Shown here one piece after another: positions 9,880-20,162 of a stretch of DNA of 64,000 bases. The position numbers and the translations under genes are program-made. The stretch's first letter is position 1; every line of letters starts with the position of its first letter. The notes beneath the pieces are model-generated. The model did not search any database, was not told the origin of the DNA, and saw only the letters and a list, made by a program, of their open reading frames with translations. The stretch comes from Candidatus Eiseniibacteriota bacterium (GTDB lineage: Bacteria; Eisenbacteria; RBG-16-71-46; CAVPCR01). The DNA is taken from positions 576,001 through 640,000 of the forward strand of contig CAVPCR010000004.1 in assembly GCA_963702435.1 (NCBI GenBank), written 5' to 3'.

Positions 9880-11223
9880 ATGAACGAGCGACGGCCGAAG
9901 ATCCTGACCAGCGGGCTCGAGCGCGCGGACTCGCACACGCTCGCGGCGTACCGCGCGGAGGGCGGTTACGAGACGCTCCGCCTGGTGCTCGCGGGGAAGA
10001 CGCCGGAGCAGGTGATCGCCGAGGTCAAGGAGTCGGGGATCCGCGGCCGCGGCGGCGCCGGCTTCCCGGCCGGCGTCAAGTGGGGCTTCATCGACAAGAA
10101 GGCGGGGAAGCCGATCTACCTGGTCGTGAACGGCGACGAATCGGAGCCCGGCACGTTCAAGGATCGACTCCTCCTCGAGCGCCTGCCGCATCGGATGATC
10201 GAGGGGATCGTCATCGCGAGCTACGCGCTCGACGTGCACCAGGCCTTCATCTACATCCGCGGCGAGTACGCCTTCCCGGCCCGCCGCGTGGCTGCTGCCC
10301 TCGACGAGGCGCGCGCAGCCGGCTTCTACGGCCGGAACATCCTCGGCTCGGGGTTCGATCTCGAGATCACGCTGGCGCGCGGCGCCGGCGCCTACATCTG
10401 CGGCGAGGAGACGGCGCTTCTCGAGTCGCTCGAGGGAAAGAAGGGCTACCCGCGCTTGAAGCCGCCGTTTCCGGCGGCGGTCGGGCTCTACGGCTGCCCG
10501 ACCGTCATCAACAACGTGGAGACGCTTGCCGCCGTGCCCTGGATCCTCGCCCACGGCGGTGCCGCCTACAAGGCGATCGGCACCGAGAAGTCGACCGGGA
10601 CGCGGCTCATGAGCGTGTCGGGCCGGGTCAAGCGCCCGGGCGTCTACGAGATCCCGCTTGGCACTCCGCTCCCCGAGTTCCTGGCCGAGGAGTGCGGGGG
10701 CATGCAGGACGGCTACCAGCTGAAGGGCGTGATCCCGGGCGGGTCCTCGACCAACATCCTCACCCCGGACGAGGTGGCGCGCGCGGCCCTCGACTTCGAG
10801 TCGATCGCCCAGTTCGGCACCTTCCTCGGCTCGGGCGGCATGATCGTCATCGACCACACCATCTCGATCGTCGAGGCGGCCTACTCGGTGGCGCACTTCT
10901 TCGCCCACGAGTCGTGCGGGCAGTGCTCGCCGTGCCGCGAGGGGACCGGCTGGATCGCCGGCGCCATCCGGCGCATTCTCGCCGGGGAGGGCCGGCTCTC
11001 GGATCTCGATCTGATCACCGGCATCGCGAAGCAGATGCTCGGCAACACGATCTGCCCGCTGGCAGACGCCGATGCGATGCCGATGATCGCCTTCGTCACC
11101 AAGTACCGGAGCGAGTGGGAGGAGTTCATCCGGAGCGGCAAGCGGCTCCTCGATCCCTTCGCCCACGAGTCGGCCGCCGCGGCCCCTGCCGCCGCCGACC
11201 GGATCCCGATCGCCGTCGGCTGA
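9880..11223 (+). CDS. nuoF: NADH-quinone oxidoreductase subunit F (FMN/NADH-binding)
   Basis: GIRGRGGAGFP, NGDESEPGTFKDR, GAGAYICGEETAL, ESCGQCSPCREG; GGAGGAGG RBS. Confidence 0.96.
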   Translation: MNERRPKILTSGLERADSHTLAAYRAEGGYETLRLVLAGKTPEQVIAEVKESGIRGRGGAGFPAGVKWGFIDKKAGKPIYLVVNGDESEPGTFKDRLLLERLPHRMIEGIVIASYALDVHQAFIYIRGEYAFPARRVAAALDEARAAGFYGRNILGSGFDLEITLARGAGAYICGEETALLESLEGKKGYPRLKPPFPAAVGLYGCPTVINNVETLAAVPWILAHGGAAYKAIGTEKSTGTRLMSVSGRVKRPGVYEIPLGTPLPEFLAEECGGMQDGYQLKGVIPGGSSTNILTPDEVARAALDFESIAQFGTFLGSGGMIVIDHTISIVEAAYSVAHFFAHESCGQCSPCREGTGWIAGAIRRILAGEGRLSDLDLITGIAKQMLGNTICPLADADAMPMIAFVTKYRSEWEEFIRSGKRLLDPFAHESAAAAPAAADRIPIAVG

Positions 11224-11287
11224 GGCGGCCGCTGCCGCGCCGAGCCCGCAGCGGGCACGGCGGAAGGCGAGCGCAAGGAGAAGCAAG

Positions 11288-12949
11288 TTGGCGGACGCAC
11301 GCGAGCTGGTCACGATCACGGTCAACGGGCGGGAGCTCCAGGTCCCGGCCGGCTATCCGGTGATCCAGGCGGCTCTCGACAACCAGATCCATATCCCGCA
11401 TTTCTGCTACCACCCCGATCTCGGCGTCGACGGCAACTGCCGGATGTGCCTCGGCGAGCTCGAGGGGGCGCCGAAGCTGGTGGCCACCTGCACGCTCAGG
11501 GCCGCCCAAGGCATGAAGGTGCGCACCGACACGCCGCGCGTCCATGATGCGGTGCGCGGCGTGCTCGAGTTCATCCTGATCAATCATCCGATCGACTGCC
11601 CGATCTGCGACCAGGCGGGGGAGTGCGGCCTGCAGAACTTCTACATGAACTACGGGCTGTACGACTCGCGGGTCCGCCTCGACGACAAGGTGCGGAAGCA
11701 GAAGGTGGTCGACCTCGGCCCGATGATCGTTCTCGACAGCGAGCGCTGCGTCCTCTGCTCCCGCTGCACCCGGTTCTCGGACAAGGTGGACGGCGAGCGC
11801 GAGATCCGTTTCATCAATCGGGGCAATCACACCGAGATCACCACCTTCGACGAGGAGCCGCTCAGGAGCCGCTACGCGGGCAATCTCGCCGACCTCTGCC
11901 CGGTCGGAGCGCTCACCTCCCGCGACTTCCGCTTCAAGATGCGGGTCTGGTTCCTCCAGTCCGCCCGGTCGGTGTGCGATCTCTGCGCCACCGGCTGCTC
12001 GATCCGCATCGATCAGAACCACAACCGGATCTACCGCTATGTGCCGCGGCGGAACTCGGCGGTGAACGCGAGCTGGATGTGCGACGAGGGGCGGTTCTCC
12101 TACAAGCAGGTCGGTGCGCCGTCCCGGCTCGAGACCCCGCTCTGGCGCGAGAATGACGGGCTCCAGCCGATTCCCTGGGAGAAGGCGCTCGACCTCGCCG
12201 CGCGGCGGATCCGCGAAGCGCGCGAGGATGCGGAGGAGATCCTTGCCATCGCCACCCCGAGCGTGACCACCGAGGAGCTCTACACCTTCGGTCGCTTCGC
12301 GCGCGAGGTGCTCCGGACCCCGCACCTCGACTACCGCGTGAGCTCGACCTGTACCGATCCGGGCGTGATGGAAGACGACGTGCTCCGGCGGAAGGACCGC
12401 TTCCCCAACAGCCGCGGTGCCGCCTTCCTCGATCTGGTGCCGGGCGCGGGCGGGCGGTCCCTCGCCGCTGCGAGCGGGCGCCGGTTCAAGCTCGTCTATC
12501 TCCTCGGCGCCGACCGTATCGCCGAGGGCGACGGCCTGCTCCTGATCCGCGGCATCCTCGAGCGGGCGGATCTTGTGATCGCTCACGCCGCGCACGAGTC
12601 CGATCTGCTCGCCCATGTGGATCTCGTCTTCCCGGTGACGATGAGCGCCGAGAAGCGCGGCACCTTCGTGAACCACGGCGGTCGCGTGCAGCGGATCGAG
12701 CCCGCGGTGATGCCGCCCGGGGAGGCCGAGGCCGACGGGACGGTGCTCGCCTTCATCGCCGAGAAGCTCGAGGAACCGCTCGGCACCTTCACCCCGGCCG
12801 CCGTCTTCGCGCGAATCGCCGCCGAGATTCCCGCATTTCGCGGTCTTCGCTTCGATGCGCTCGGCGAGACCGGCCAGCAGGCGGCGGGCACCACAGCCGA
12901 GATCCCGCGGGTGTCGGCCATCGCGGCCGCGCTCCAGCCCAGTATCTAG
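11288..12949 (+). CDS. nuoG: NuoG-like Fe-S subunit (short, 553 aa)
   Basis: CYHP...GNCRMC, NHPIDCPICDQAGEC, CVLCSRC, CPVGAL, CDLCATGC motifs; TTG start with AAGGAG RBS. Confidence 0.88.
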   Translation: MADARELVTITVNGRELQVPAGYPVIQAALDNQIHIPHFCYHPDLGVDGNCRMCLGELEGAPKLVATCTLRAAQGMKVRTDTPRVHDAVRGVLEFILINHPIDCPICDQAGECGLQNFYMNYGLYDSRVRLDDKVRKQKVVDLGPMIVLDSERCVLCSRCTRFSDKVDGEREIRFINRGNHTEITTFDEEPLRSRYAGNLADLCPVGALTSRDFRFKMRVWFLQSARSVCDLCATGCSIRIDQNHNRIYRYVPRRNSAVNASWMCDEGRFSYKQVGAPSRLETPLWRENDGLQPIPWEKALDLAARRIREAREDAEEILAIATPSVTTEELYTFGRFAREVLRTPHLDYRVSSTCTDPGVMEDDVLRRKDRFPNSRGAAFLDLVPGAGGRSLAAASGRRFKLVYLLGADRIAEGDGLLLIRGILERADLVIAHAAHESDLLAHVDLVFPVTMSAEKRGTFVNHGGRVQRIEPAVMPPGEAEADGTVLAFIAEKLEEPLGTFTPAAVFARIAAEIPAFRGLRFDALGETGQQAAGTTAEIPRVSAIAAALQPSI

Positions 12950-13558
12950 GTGGGAGAGAACAGAGCGATGACACAGACCATGATGCCCGGCCCGCCGCCA
13001 ACGCCGGCCGTTCCCGGTTCCGGTCATGCTCCCGGTCCCGGCCAGGCGGCCGCTCCGACCAAGGGCTCGATCGGCGCCATCCTTGCCGGCATGGCGCTCA
13101 CGCTCTCGAAGTTCCTGGCGAGCGCGACCGGCCGCGATCGGCCCACCATTCTCTATCCGTTCCAGCGCCGCAACTACTCGGGACGGTTCCGCGGCACCCA
13201 CATCCTCACCAAGCGCGAGGACGGCCGCCCGCGCTGCGTGGCCTGCTACCTGTGCGCGACCGTGTGTCCCGCCGATTGCATCACGATCGAAGCGGCCGAG
13301 ACCGCCGACACCAGGATCGAGAAGTACCCGGTCCGCTTCGATATCGATAACCTGCGCTGCGTGTTCTGCGGGTTCTGCGTGGACGCCTGCCCGGAGGAGG
13401 CGATCATCATGAGCCGCGAGTACGAGCAGGCGATCTTCGATCGCAAGGACCAGGTCTGGGACATGAACTTCCTCATGAACCGGAAGACCTTCACCGAGGC
13501 CGACCTGGGCTACCGCCCGCGGGAGGCGAAGGAGGGCCGTTCCGGGACCCGGGGCTAG
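12950..13558 (+). CDS. nuoI: NADH-quinone oxidoreductase subunit I
   Basis: Two 4Fe-4S motifs CVACYLCATVCP and CVFCGFCVDACP; start may be 12968. Confidence 0.93.
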   Translation: MGENRAMTQTMMPGPPPTPAVPGSGHAPGPGQAAAPTKGSIGAILAGMALTLSKFLASATGRDRPTILYPFQRRNYSGRFRGTHILTKREDGRPRCVACYLCATVCPADCITIEAAETADTRIEKYPVRFDIDNLRCVFCGFCVDACPEEAIIMSREYEQAIFDRKDQVWDMNFLMNRKTFTEADLGYRPREAKEGRSGTRG

Positions 13559-13722
13559 GGGAGGCGGCCGATGGCCCCCTGCCAGGTGGGGGACACGAAG
13601 AAGGGCCCGGCCCGGCCGGATCGGACGAATTGTCCGACTGGACGTATTTCGTGGAATCGTTTCCAGCGTCCAAAGTATCATATCATAACGACTTATGACC
13701 ATGTTCGAACCGGTCCGGAGCA

Positions 13723-13731
13723 TGCTATACT
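13723..13731 (+). promoter_or_regulatory. Extended -10 element
   Basis: TG-C-TATACT upstream of the RBS and ATG 13757, preceded by an AT-rich palindrome TCATAA-N4-TTATGA at 13683-13698. Confidence 0.5.
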
Positions 13732-13756
13732 GGCCGTGGTAGAAAGGGGGGTGGCG

Positions 13757-13981
13757 ATGCCCGCATACAGGCCGCTTCGGGAGCGGTTGCTCGGCGAGTG
13801 CGACGTGGATGGCTTCCGGTCGCCGGCCCCTGATCTCGCGATCTATTGCCCCCGCCAGGGAAGAAAAGTCCTCGCTGCTGATCACGCCGGGTGTAAGAAT
13901 TTCGGCGGCTTCCTGTACGCGACGAGCGGCGAAGAAGCCGGTGTGCGCTGCATGCACGTGGCCGGCTGCTGTCATCCATAA
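13757..13981 (+). CDS. Small Cys-rich hypothetical protein (74 aa, 6 Cys)
   Basis: AGAAAGGGGG RBS and extended -10 upstream; MPAYRPLRERLLGECDVDG...CPRQ...HAGC...CMHVAGCCHP. Confidence 0.55.
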   Translation: MPAYRPLRERLLGECDVDGFRSPAPDLAIYCPRQGRKVLAADHAGCKNFGGFLYATSGEEAGVRCMHVAGCCHP

Positions 13982-14119
13982 CGAGTTTCGGCGCTGGGTT
14001 GCAGGACCTGGGCGCGAGCGGCCCGCGTCCGGTCCTCCCCGGCGCCGATTCTTTTGCCTGACTCCACGGTCTCCCGCGAGTATCGAGCCGCCCCGAGTCC
14101 CTCTCCCGTTCGCTCCCGG

Positions 14120-15058
14120 CTAGCTCGTGCGCGGCGCCGGCTTGGTCCACGCCGGTAGCAGGAATCCGCGTCTCTGCTCCGAGAGGCGTACGACGCGCAG
14201 CGCTCCCGGCAGCACCTCCGCCTCGAGGTGATCGGTGAGCCCGGTCACGTCACCGTCCACTTCGCTCCGGAGCGGCCGATCGAGCCGCACGCGCACGCGC
14301 GCTCCGGAGAGGAAGCGCGAGCCGGGATGCTGCTCCATCGTGCCCTGCAGCACGTGCCCCGACAGGGCGAGAAAGTCGTTGAGATCGGCCAGCGTGAGCA
14401 CGGCGATGTCCATGCGCGCGTCGTCGGGGCGCGAGTCCGGAAACAGGTCGAACTCCCCGAAAAGCTTTCCGATGTTGGCGACGAGGAGGCAATGCCCCGC
14501 GATGCGCTCGGCCGGCCGGCGATCCACCTCGACCTCGAACTCGGTCGTCTGCGTCGAGCCGAGCTGCGTGAGCGCCGCATAGATGTACGCGAGGAGCCCG
14601 AATCGCCGCTTGAGCTCGGCGTCGGCGGTGGCCATCACCGCCGAGTCGTAGCCCACTCCCGCCGTGAGGAGCGAGATGCGGCCGTTGACGCGCACCGCGT
14701 CGAAGGGGCGCGGCTCCTCGAGCGCGGCGAAGCGCACGGCATCCGCGGTGCGCGACGGCACTCCGGTCGAGCGGGCGATCGCGTTGGCGGTGCCTCCCGG
14801 GAGGACCGCGAGCGGGATGTTCGAGTGGAGGAGCGCCGCGCCGACCTCGCGCACCGTGCCGTCGCCCCCCGATACCCAGACCCGCTCGGGAGGATCCGCG
14901 AGCACTCGCTCGGCGGCCCAGGCGGCGGGGCGCTCGGGCGCGAGCATGAGCAGCTCGTAGTCGACGCCGAGATCGCGACACGCCGCGTGGATGGCGGAGA
15001 GCCGCGAGGTCGTATCGCGCGAGCCGGCCGAGGGATTGAAGATGAGTGTGACGCGCAT
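14120..15058 (-). CDS. Diacylglycerol/lipid kinase family protein (YegS/DgkB-like)
   Basis: NPSAG, GGDGT, PGGTANAIAR and VDGD motifs. Confidence 0.92.
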   Translation of the reverse strand: MRVTLIFNPSAGSRDTTSRLSAIHAACRDLGVDYELLMLAPERPAAWAAERVLADPPERVWVSGGDGTVREVGAALLHSNIPLAVLPGGTANAIARSTGVPSRTADAVRFAALEEPRPFDAVRVNGRISLLTAGVGYDSAVMATADAELKRRFGLLAYIYAALTQLGSTQTTEFEVEVDRRPAERIAGHCLLVANIGKLFGEFDLFPDSRPDDARMDIAVLTLADLNDFLALSGHVLQGTMEQHPGSRFLSGARVRVRLDRPLRSEVDGDVTGLTDHLEAEVLPGALRVVRLSEQRRGFLLPAWTKPAPRTS

Positions 15059-15318
15059 CGGATTTCGGTGAGGGTCCGGGCCCGGGCGTCCGGGCCTGGC
15101 CTTGGGCGCCGTCCGGCCCGCCGTCCGGGTCTCCGGCGATTATGGCATCGCCCGAGGCCCGGCGGGCGGCGGGAGTGCTTCCCGCCGTGACCGGTCTTGA
15201 GGGCAGTCGTTCCGGGGGACGAGCCGCACCTTGGGATCGCCCCCGGCCCGGCCGATCGAGGGAGCGGAGCGGCGGCTGCGCCATGTTCCGGGGCGAGCCG
15301 CGCCGGCGCGCTCCGACC

Positions 15319-15347
15319 TTGACGTGGAGGGCGTTTTCGCCTATAGT
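15319..15347 (+). promoter_or_regulatory. sigma70 promoter upstream of the radical SAM gene
   Basis: TTGACG-N17-TATAGT, near consensus. Confidence 0.7.
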
Positions 15348-15564
15348 AGCGGCACTTGGGCGGATCCCGCTCGCGGCAGTTTCGAGGGGCAGATCCGCTC
15401 CCACCTCCACGGGAGGGTTGTAGCTAAGCTCCTTAGCTATCGTCGGCTCCGCTCCATGGCGGGGCGAGCCTGTATCGCAACCTGACCGTTCGCTCCGGAC
15501 CGTCGCCGGCCATCCTGGCCGCAGCCGGTCTCGAGAGCCTTTTCTCCATCACCATAGCCGGGGC

Positions 15565-16620
15565 GTGCTTCCCGATCCCCGGGGCATCTGCGCCGGAGTG
15601 AGCCCTTTGCACACCGTTCGCCTCCTCAACTCGGCCGCCTTCAAACGACGGGCTCCTTACTGGATGCAGCGGCTTGCCCGCCGCAAGATCGTGGCGAGCG
15701 CCGCCTTCGAGAAGATCTACCGCACGCTCATCGATCGCGAGATCGCCGTGCTCGAGCAGGGCGAACTGCCGCCGCCCAAGGTGGTCTACGCCGAGTCCAC
15801 CAACGCCTGCAACGCGACCTGCGTGATGTGCCCGCGCGACGAGATGCAGCGCTCGATCGGCATCATGCCGATGGACCTGTTCCGGAAGATCGCCGACGAG
15901 TGCGCGGACTGGGGAGTCGAGGAGCTCCGCCTCCACAACTTCGGCGAGCCGCTGATCGACGTCAAGATCTACGACAAGATCGAGTACGCCAAGCGGAAGG
16001 GCATCAAGACCACCACCATCTACTCGAACGGGGCGCTCCTCAATGGCGATCGGGCCCGGGGCCTGATCTCGGCCGGCCTCGACCAGCTCTACGTCAGCTT
16101 CGACGGCGCCACCAAGAAGACGTTCGAGACGATCCGCCTGCCGCTCAGCTTCGACCAGGTCTCGGAGAACGTGCGTAACTTCCACGCGCTCCGCGGCGAG
16201 ATGCGGTCGCGGTCGCCCAAGATCTACCTGACGTTCACCCACATCAATCAACCACGGGACGAGGTCGACAAGTTCCGGCGCGACTGGACTCCCTACTCGG
16301 ACAACGTTTTCATCATCGATTGCCACGACTGGGCCGGCCAGGCCGAGGTGAAGCTGCACGAGCCGAAGGACGGCCCGCGCTGGCCGTGCGTCTACCTGTG
16401 GAAGTCGATGACGGTGCTCTACTCCGGTCAGATCACCCTCTGTTGCATGGATATCAAGGGGGCTGAAGCGGTCGGCAACGCGCGCGAGCAAACGCTCCGC
16501 GAGGTGGCGCGCGGCGCTGCCATGCGCGCGATCCGGGCTGCGCATCGCGCTCACCGCTACGATGCGGTGAAGCTCTGCGGCGGGTGTTCGCTGAACCGGA
16601 TGTGGTCCTTGTACGAGTAG
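15565..16620 (+). CDS. Radical SAM protein with SPASM/Twitch domain
   Basis: CNATCVMC (CxxxCxxC), GEPL, C-terminal PC...LCCMD...CGGC; start uncertain (ATG 15664 is possible). Confidence 0.9.
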   Translation: MLPDPRGICAGVSPLHTVRLLNSAAFKRRAPYWMQRLARRKIVASAAFEKIYRTLIDREIAVLEQGELPPPKVVYAESTNACNATCVMCPRDEMQRSIGIMPMDLFRKIADECADWGVEELRLHNFGEPLIDVKIYDKIEYAKRKGIKTTTIYSNGALLNGDRARGLISAGLDQLYVSFDGATKKTFETIRLPLSFDQVSENVRNFHALRGEMRSRSPKIYLTFTHINQPRDEVDKFRRDWTPYSDNVFIIDCHDWAGQAEVKLHEPKDGPRWPCVYLWKSMTVLYSGQITLCCMDIKGAEAVGNAREQTLREVARGAAMRAIRAAHRAHRYDAVKLCGGCSLNRMWSLYE

Positions 16621-16882
16621 ATCACGGTGTCCCGGCGGGGGGGCCGCATGTCTTTGAGGTCCTCCGCCGGGCTCTCTCATCGAACCGCCACGATGAGATG
16701 CACGATGGGCCCGCCCTCTGGGCGGGCTCATCATTTTTCTTGGGGGGTTCCTCGTTGCGAATCCCGGCTCTCATCGGCGAGCGACGACCCGGTCTGGCGC
16801 ACCGCGCTCGGCACACTCGTCGCGCAGCTCCTCGCCCCCGGGGACGCGCCGCGCCAGGTCGCAGCAGGCGGCCGGCTCCGGA

Positions 16883-18886
16883 TCAGGCCAGCGCCTCGAC
16901 CACGATCTCGGCCAGGTCCTTGACCGCCACCTCCGCGCCCTTCTCCTTCACGCCGTCCGACACCATGGTCATGCAGAAGGGACAGGCGGCGGCGATCGTC
17001 TTGGCACCGGTGGCGAGGAGCTCGGTCGCGCGCTCCACGTTGACCTTGGTCCCGTGCTCCTCCATCCACATGCGCCCGCCGCCCGCGCCGCAGCAGAAGG
17101 ACTTCTCGCGGATGCGGACGCCCTCGCGCGGGGCGCGCCCGGTGGCCGCGGCCAGCACGGCGCGCGGCTCCTCGTACAGCTGGTTGTAGCGCCCGAGATA
17201 GCAGGAGTCGTGGAAGGCGACCTCGGCGCCCGAGGCCTTGAGCCGGAGCCGGCCCGTAGCGATCAGGCTCGCGACGAACTCGGCGTGGTGCCGCACCTCG
17301 TAGTGCCCGCCGAACGCCGGATACTCGTTCTTGAGCGTGTTGAAGCAGTGCGGGCAGGCGGTGATGATCTTCTTGACCTTGTATCCGTTCAGGATCTCGA
17401 CGAGCTCGGTCATCATCGACTGGGCCAGGTACTCGTTCCCGATCCGGCGCGCGCACTCGCCGTTGCAGCGCTCCTCGGTCCCGAGCACGGCGAAGTCGAC
17501 CTTGGCCGCATCGAGGATCTGGACCATGGCGCGCGTCACCTTCTTGTTGCGCTCGTCGTAGGCGCCGGCGCAGCCGACGTAGTAGAGGTACTCGGCGTCC
17601 GGGTGCTCGGCCATCGTTCTGACGGTGAGCCCCTCCGCCCAGTCCATCCGCTGCTCGATGGGGAGGCCCCAGGGGTTCGACTGGGTCTCGAAGCCGCGGA
17701 GCGCGGCCGCAGCCTCCTGGGGGAACTTGGTCTCCATCAGCACGAGATGCCGCCGCTCGTCGATGATCTTCGGCACGTGCTCGATCAGGACCGGGCAGGC
17801 CTCGACGCAGGCGCCGCAGGTGGTGCAGGCCCAGAGCTCCTCCTCGCTCGTGTGGGTGCGGATGATCCCAGGATCCTCGGCGGTATCCCCGGCGGTATCA
17901 CCGGCGGTATGCCCGGCGAGCACCCGGCCGCCGCGCGCCAGGGCGAAGTCGCGGAGATCGGTGATGATCTTCCGCGGGTCGAGCGGCTTCCCGGTCGCAT
18001 GCGCCGGGCAGACGCTCGTGCAGCGGCCGCACTCGGTGCAGGAATAGCCGTCGAGCACGTCGCGCCAGCTGAAGGTGGCGAGCTGGTTCGCGCCGAAGGT
18101 CTCGACCGATTCGTCCTCGAGGTCGGGCTTCGAGAGCCGGCCCACGGGCTCGAGCCTCCGCGTGTAGACGTTCGGCGTCGAGGCCATGATGTGCAGGTGC
18201 TTCGACGACGGCAGGTAGACGAGGAAGCCGAGGACGATGAGCACGTGCACCCACCACGAGATCCCGTGGAAGGCGCCGAGAGCGGCGGGCGACATCCCGG
18301 CGAAGAGCGCCGATGTCGCGACCGAGAAGGGCTGCCAGGCGGTGCCCGGTCCCTCGGGCTCGCCGCGGGCGATCGCGGCCCCGCGCGTCGTCAGGATGGT
18401 CACCATGAGACCGAGGATGAGGAGGAGGATCAGGATCCCGTCGCGCCGGGCGTGCGCGTCGAGCCCGCGCATGCGCGGCGGCACGAAGAAGAGCCGGCGC
18501 GCGAGTCCGTAGAGGATGGCGACGGCGACGAGGACCGCCAAGAGGTCCTGGGCCAGGTAGAGGAGGCCGTAGAGCGGGGTGCCGAGCCAGGAGAAGTCCC
18601 AGGCGCGATGGAGCCCGATCGCGAAGGCCTCGAGCGTGCCCACCGTGAGGACCACGAAGCCCCAGAAGATGAGGAAGTGCATGAGCCCGGGGACGGGCTC
18701 CTTGAAGAGCTTCTTCTGGCCGAAGACGTAGGTGAGGACTCCGGCGAGGCGCTTCCCCGGCTGGTCGGTGCGGAGGGCGGGCGCCTTGGCCAGGCGCATG
18801 ATGGCGATCAGACGCCGCACCTTGAGGCCGAAGTAGCCGAAGGCTGCGATCAGGAGCACGGCCATCACGACGCTCGAAGCGGTCAT
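16883..18886 (-). CDS. Membrane-bound Fe-S oxidoreductase (FadF/HdrD-like; TM + 2x4Fe-4S + CCG domains)
   Basis: N-terminal TM helices, [56 protein letters not shown] before ATG 18886; TTGACA-N18-TAGCGT promoter at 19013-19042 (-). Confidence 0.9.
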   Translation of the reverse strand: MTASSVVMAVLLIAAFGYFGLKVRRLIAIMRLAKAPALRTDQPGKRLAGVLTYVFGQKKLFKEPVPGLMHFLIFWGFVVLTVGTLEAFAIGLHRAWDFSWLGTPLYGLLYLAQDLLAVLVAVAILYGLARRLFFVPPRMRGLDAHARRDGILILLLILGLMVTILTTRGAAIARGEPEGPGTAWQPFSVATSALFAGMSPAALGAFHGISWWVHVLIVLGFLVYLPSSKHLHIMASTPNVYTRRLEPVGRLSKPDLEDESVETFGANQLATFSWRDVLDGYSCTECGRCTSVCPAHATGKPLDPRKIITDLRDFALARGGRVLAGHTAGDTAGDTAEDPGIIRTHTSEEELWACTTCGACVEACPVLIEHVPKIIDERRHLVLMETKFPQEAAAALRGFETQSNPWGLPIEQRMDWAEGLTVRTMAEHPDAEYLYYVGCAGAYDERNKKVTRAMVQILDAAKVDFAVLGTEERCNGECARRIGNEYLAQSMMTELVEILNGYKVKKIITACPHCFNTLKNEYPAFGGHYEVRHHAEFVASLIATGRLRLKASGAEVAFHDSCYLGRYNQLYEEPRAVLAAATGRAPREGVRIREKSFCCGAGGGRMWMEEHGTKVNVERATELLATGAKTIAAACPFCMTMVSDGVKEKGAEVAVKDLAEIVVEALA

Positions 18887-19162
18887 GGCTTCTCTTCCTC
18901 CCGCGCGAGACGCGATCAGGCAGCGCGTCTCGGGTCGGGGCCTTGCCTCACGCTGGCTCGCGGCGGAGCGGATCGGCGCGCGATGGGGACCGGCGCGCTT
19001 CAAGAGCGGGTCACGCTAGCTCAGGCCTGCAGAGGTTGTCAACGCGGGGCCCGTCGCCTAGACTCGACGCCCGGAATCCGCACCCGGCTACGAGGGTGCG
19101 TCGTCAGCGGCGCGAGCTCCGGGTCCGCCTCCCGGTGCATGCATGAAAACCACGAGGAGCAC

Positions 19163-20131
19163 ATGGACGCTCGGAACGTCATCATCATCGGATCCGGCCC
19201 GGCCGGCCTCACCGCGGCGCTCTACACGGCGCGCGCCAGTCTCGCCCCGCTCGTCCTCGAAGGAGCCACTGCCGGCGGGCAGCTCATGACGACGACCGAG
19301 GTCGAGAACTTCCCGGGCTTTCCGGCCGGCGTCCTCGGGCCGGTCCTCATGGACGACATGCGGAAGCAGGCCGAGCGCTTCGGCGCGGAGCTCCGGCGCA
19401 CCGACGTCGAAGGGGTGGACTTCTCGCGCCGGCCGTTCAAGGTGACCGCGGACGGTCAGGACCACTACGCGCGCGCGGTGATCATCTCGACCGGCGCCTC
19501 GCCGCGCCATCTCGGGCTTCCGAACGAGGCCAAGCTCACGGGGCGCGGGGTCTCGACCTGCGCCACCTGCGACGGCGCCTTCTTCCGCAACGAGGACATC
19601 GCGGTCGTCGGCGGCGGCGACTCGGCGATCGAGGAGGCCACTTTCCTCACCCGCTTCGGGAAGTCGGTCGTGCTCATCCATCGCCGGGAGGAGATGCGGG
19701 CCTCGAAGATCATGCAGGAGCGGGCCCAGAAGACGCCGAAGCTCTCCTTCCTCTGGAACTCGGTCGTCACCGGGCTCATCGAGGACAGCGGCAAGCTCGG
19801 CGGCCTCCAGGTCAAGAACGTGAAGACCGGCGAGGAGCGGAAGATCCCGATGGGTGGCCTGTTCGTCGCGATCGGCCACGTGCCCAACACGCAGATCTTC
19901 GCCGGCAAGGTCGAGCTCGACGACCAGGGCTATGTCCTCACGCGGCGCGGCACCGCGACCAACGTGGACGGCGTCTTCGCGTCCGGCGACTGCGTCGATC
20001 ACGTCTACCGGCAGGCGATCACCGCCGCCGGCATGGGCTGCCAGTCGGCCATCGACGCCGAGCGCTGGCTCGCCGCGCACGAGCACGAGGCGGACGCGGT
20101 CGGGGCGGCAGCGCCCGGGAGCGGCCGCTGA
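19163..20131 (+). CDS. trxB: Thioredoxin-disulfide reductase
   Basis: [29 protein letters not shown] motifs; GAGGAG RBS. Confidence 0.96.
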   Translation: MDARNVIIIGSGPAGLTAALYTARASLAPLVLEGATAGGQLMTTTEVENFPGFPAGVLGPVLMDDMRKQAERFGAELRRTDVEGVDFSRRPFKVTADGQDHYARAVIISTGASPRHLGLPNEAKLTGRGVSTCATCDGAFFRNEDIAVVGGGDSAIEEATFLTRFGKSVVLIHRREEMRASKIMQERAQKTPKLSFLWNSVVTGLIEDSGKLGGLQVKNVKTGEERKIPMGGLFVAIGHVPNTQIFAGKVELDDQGYVLTRRGTATNVDGVFASGDCVDHVYRQAITAAGMGCQSAIDAERWLAAHEHEADAVGAAAPGSGR

Positions 20132-20162
20132 CCGCCGGCGGCCGGATGGACGGGTCGGGTCC

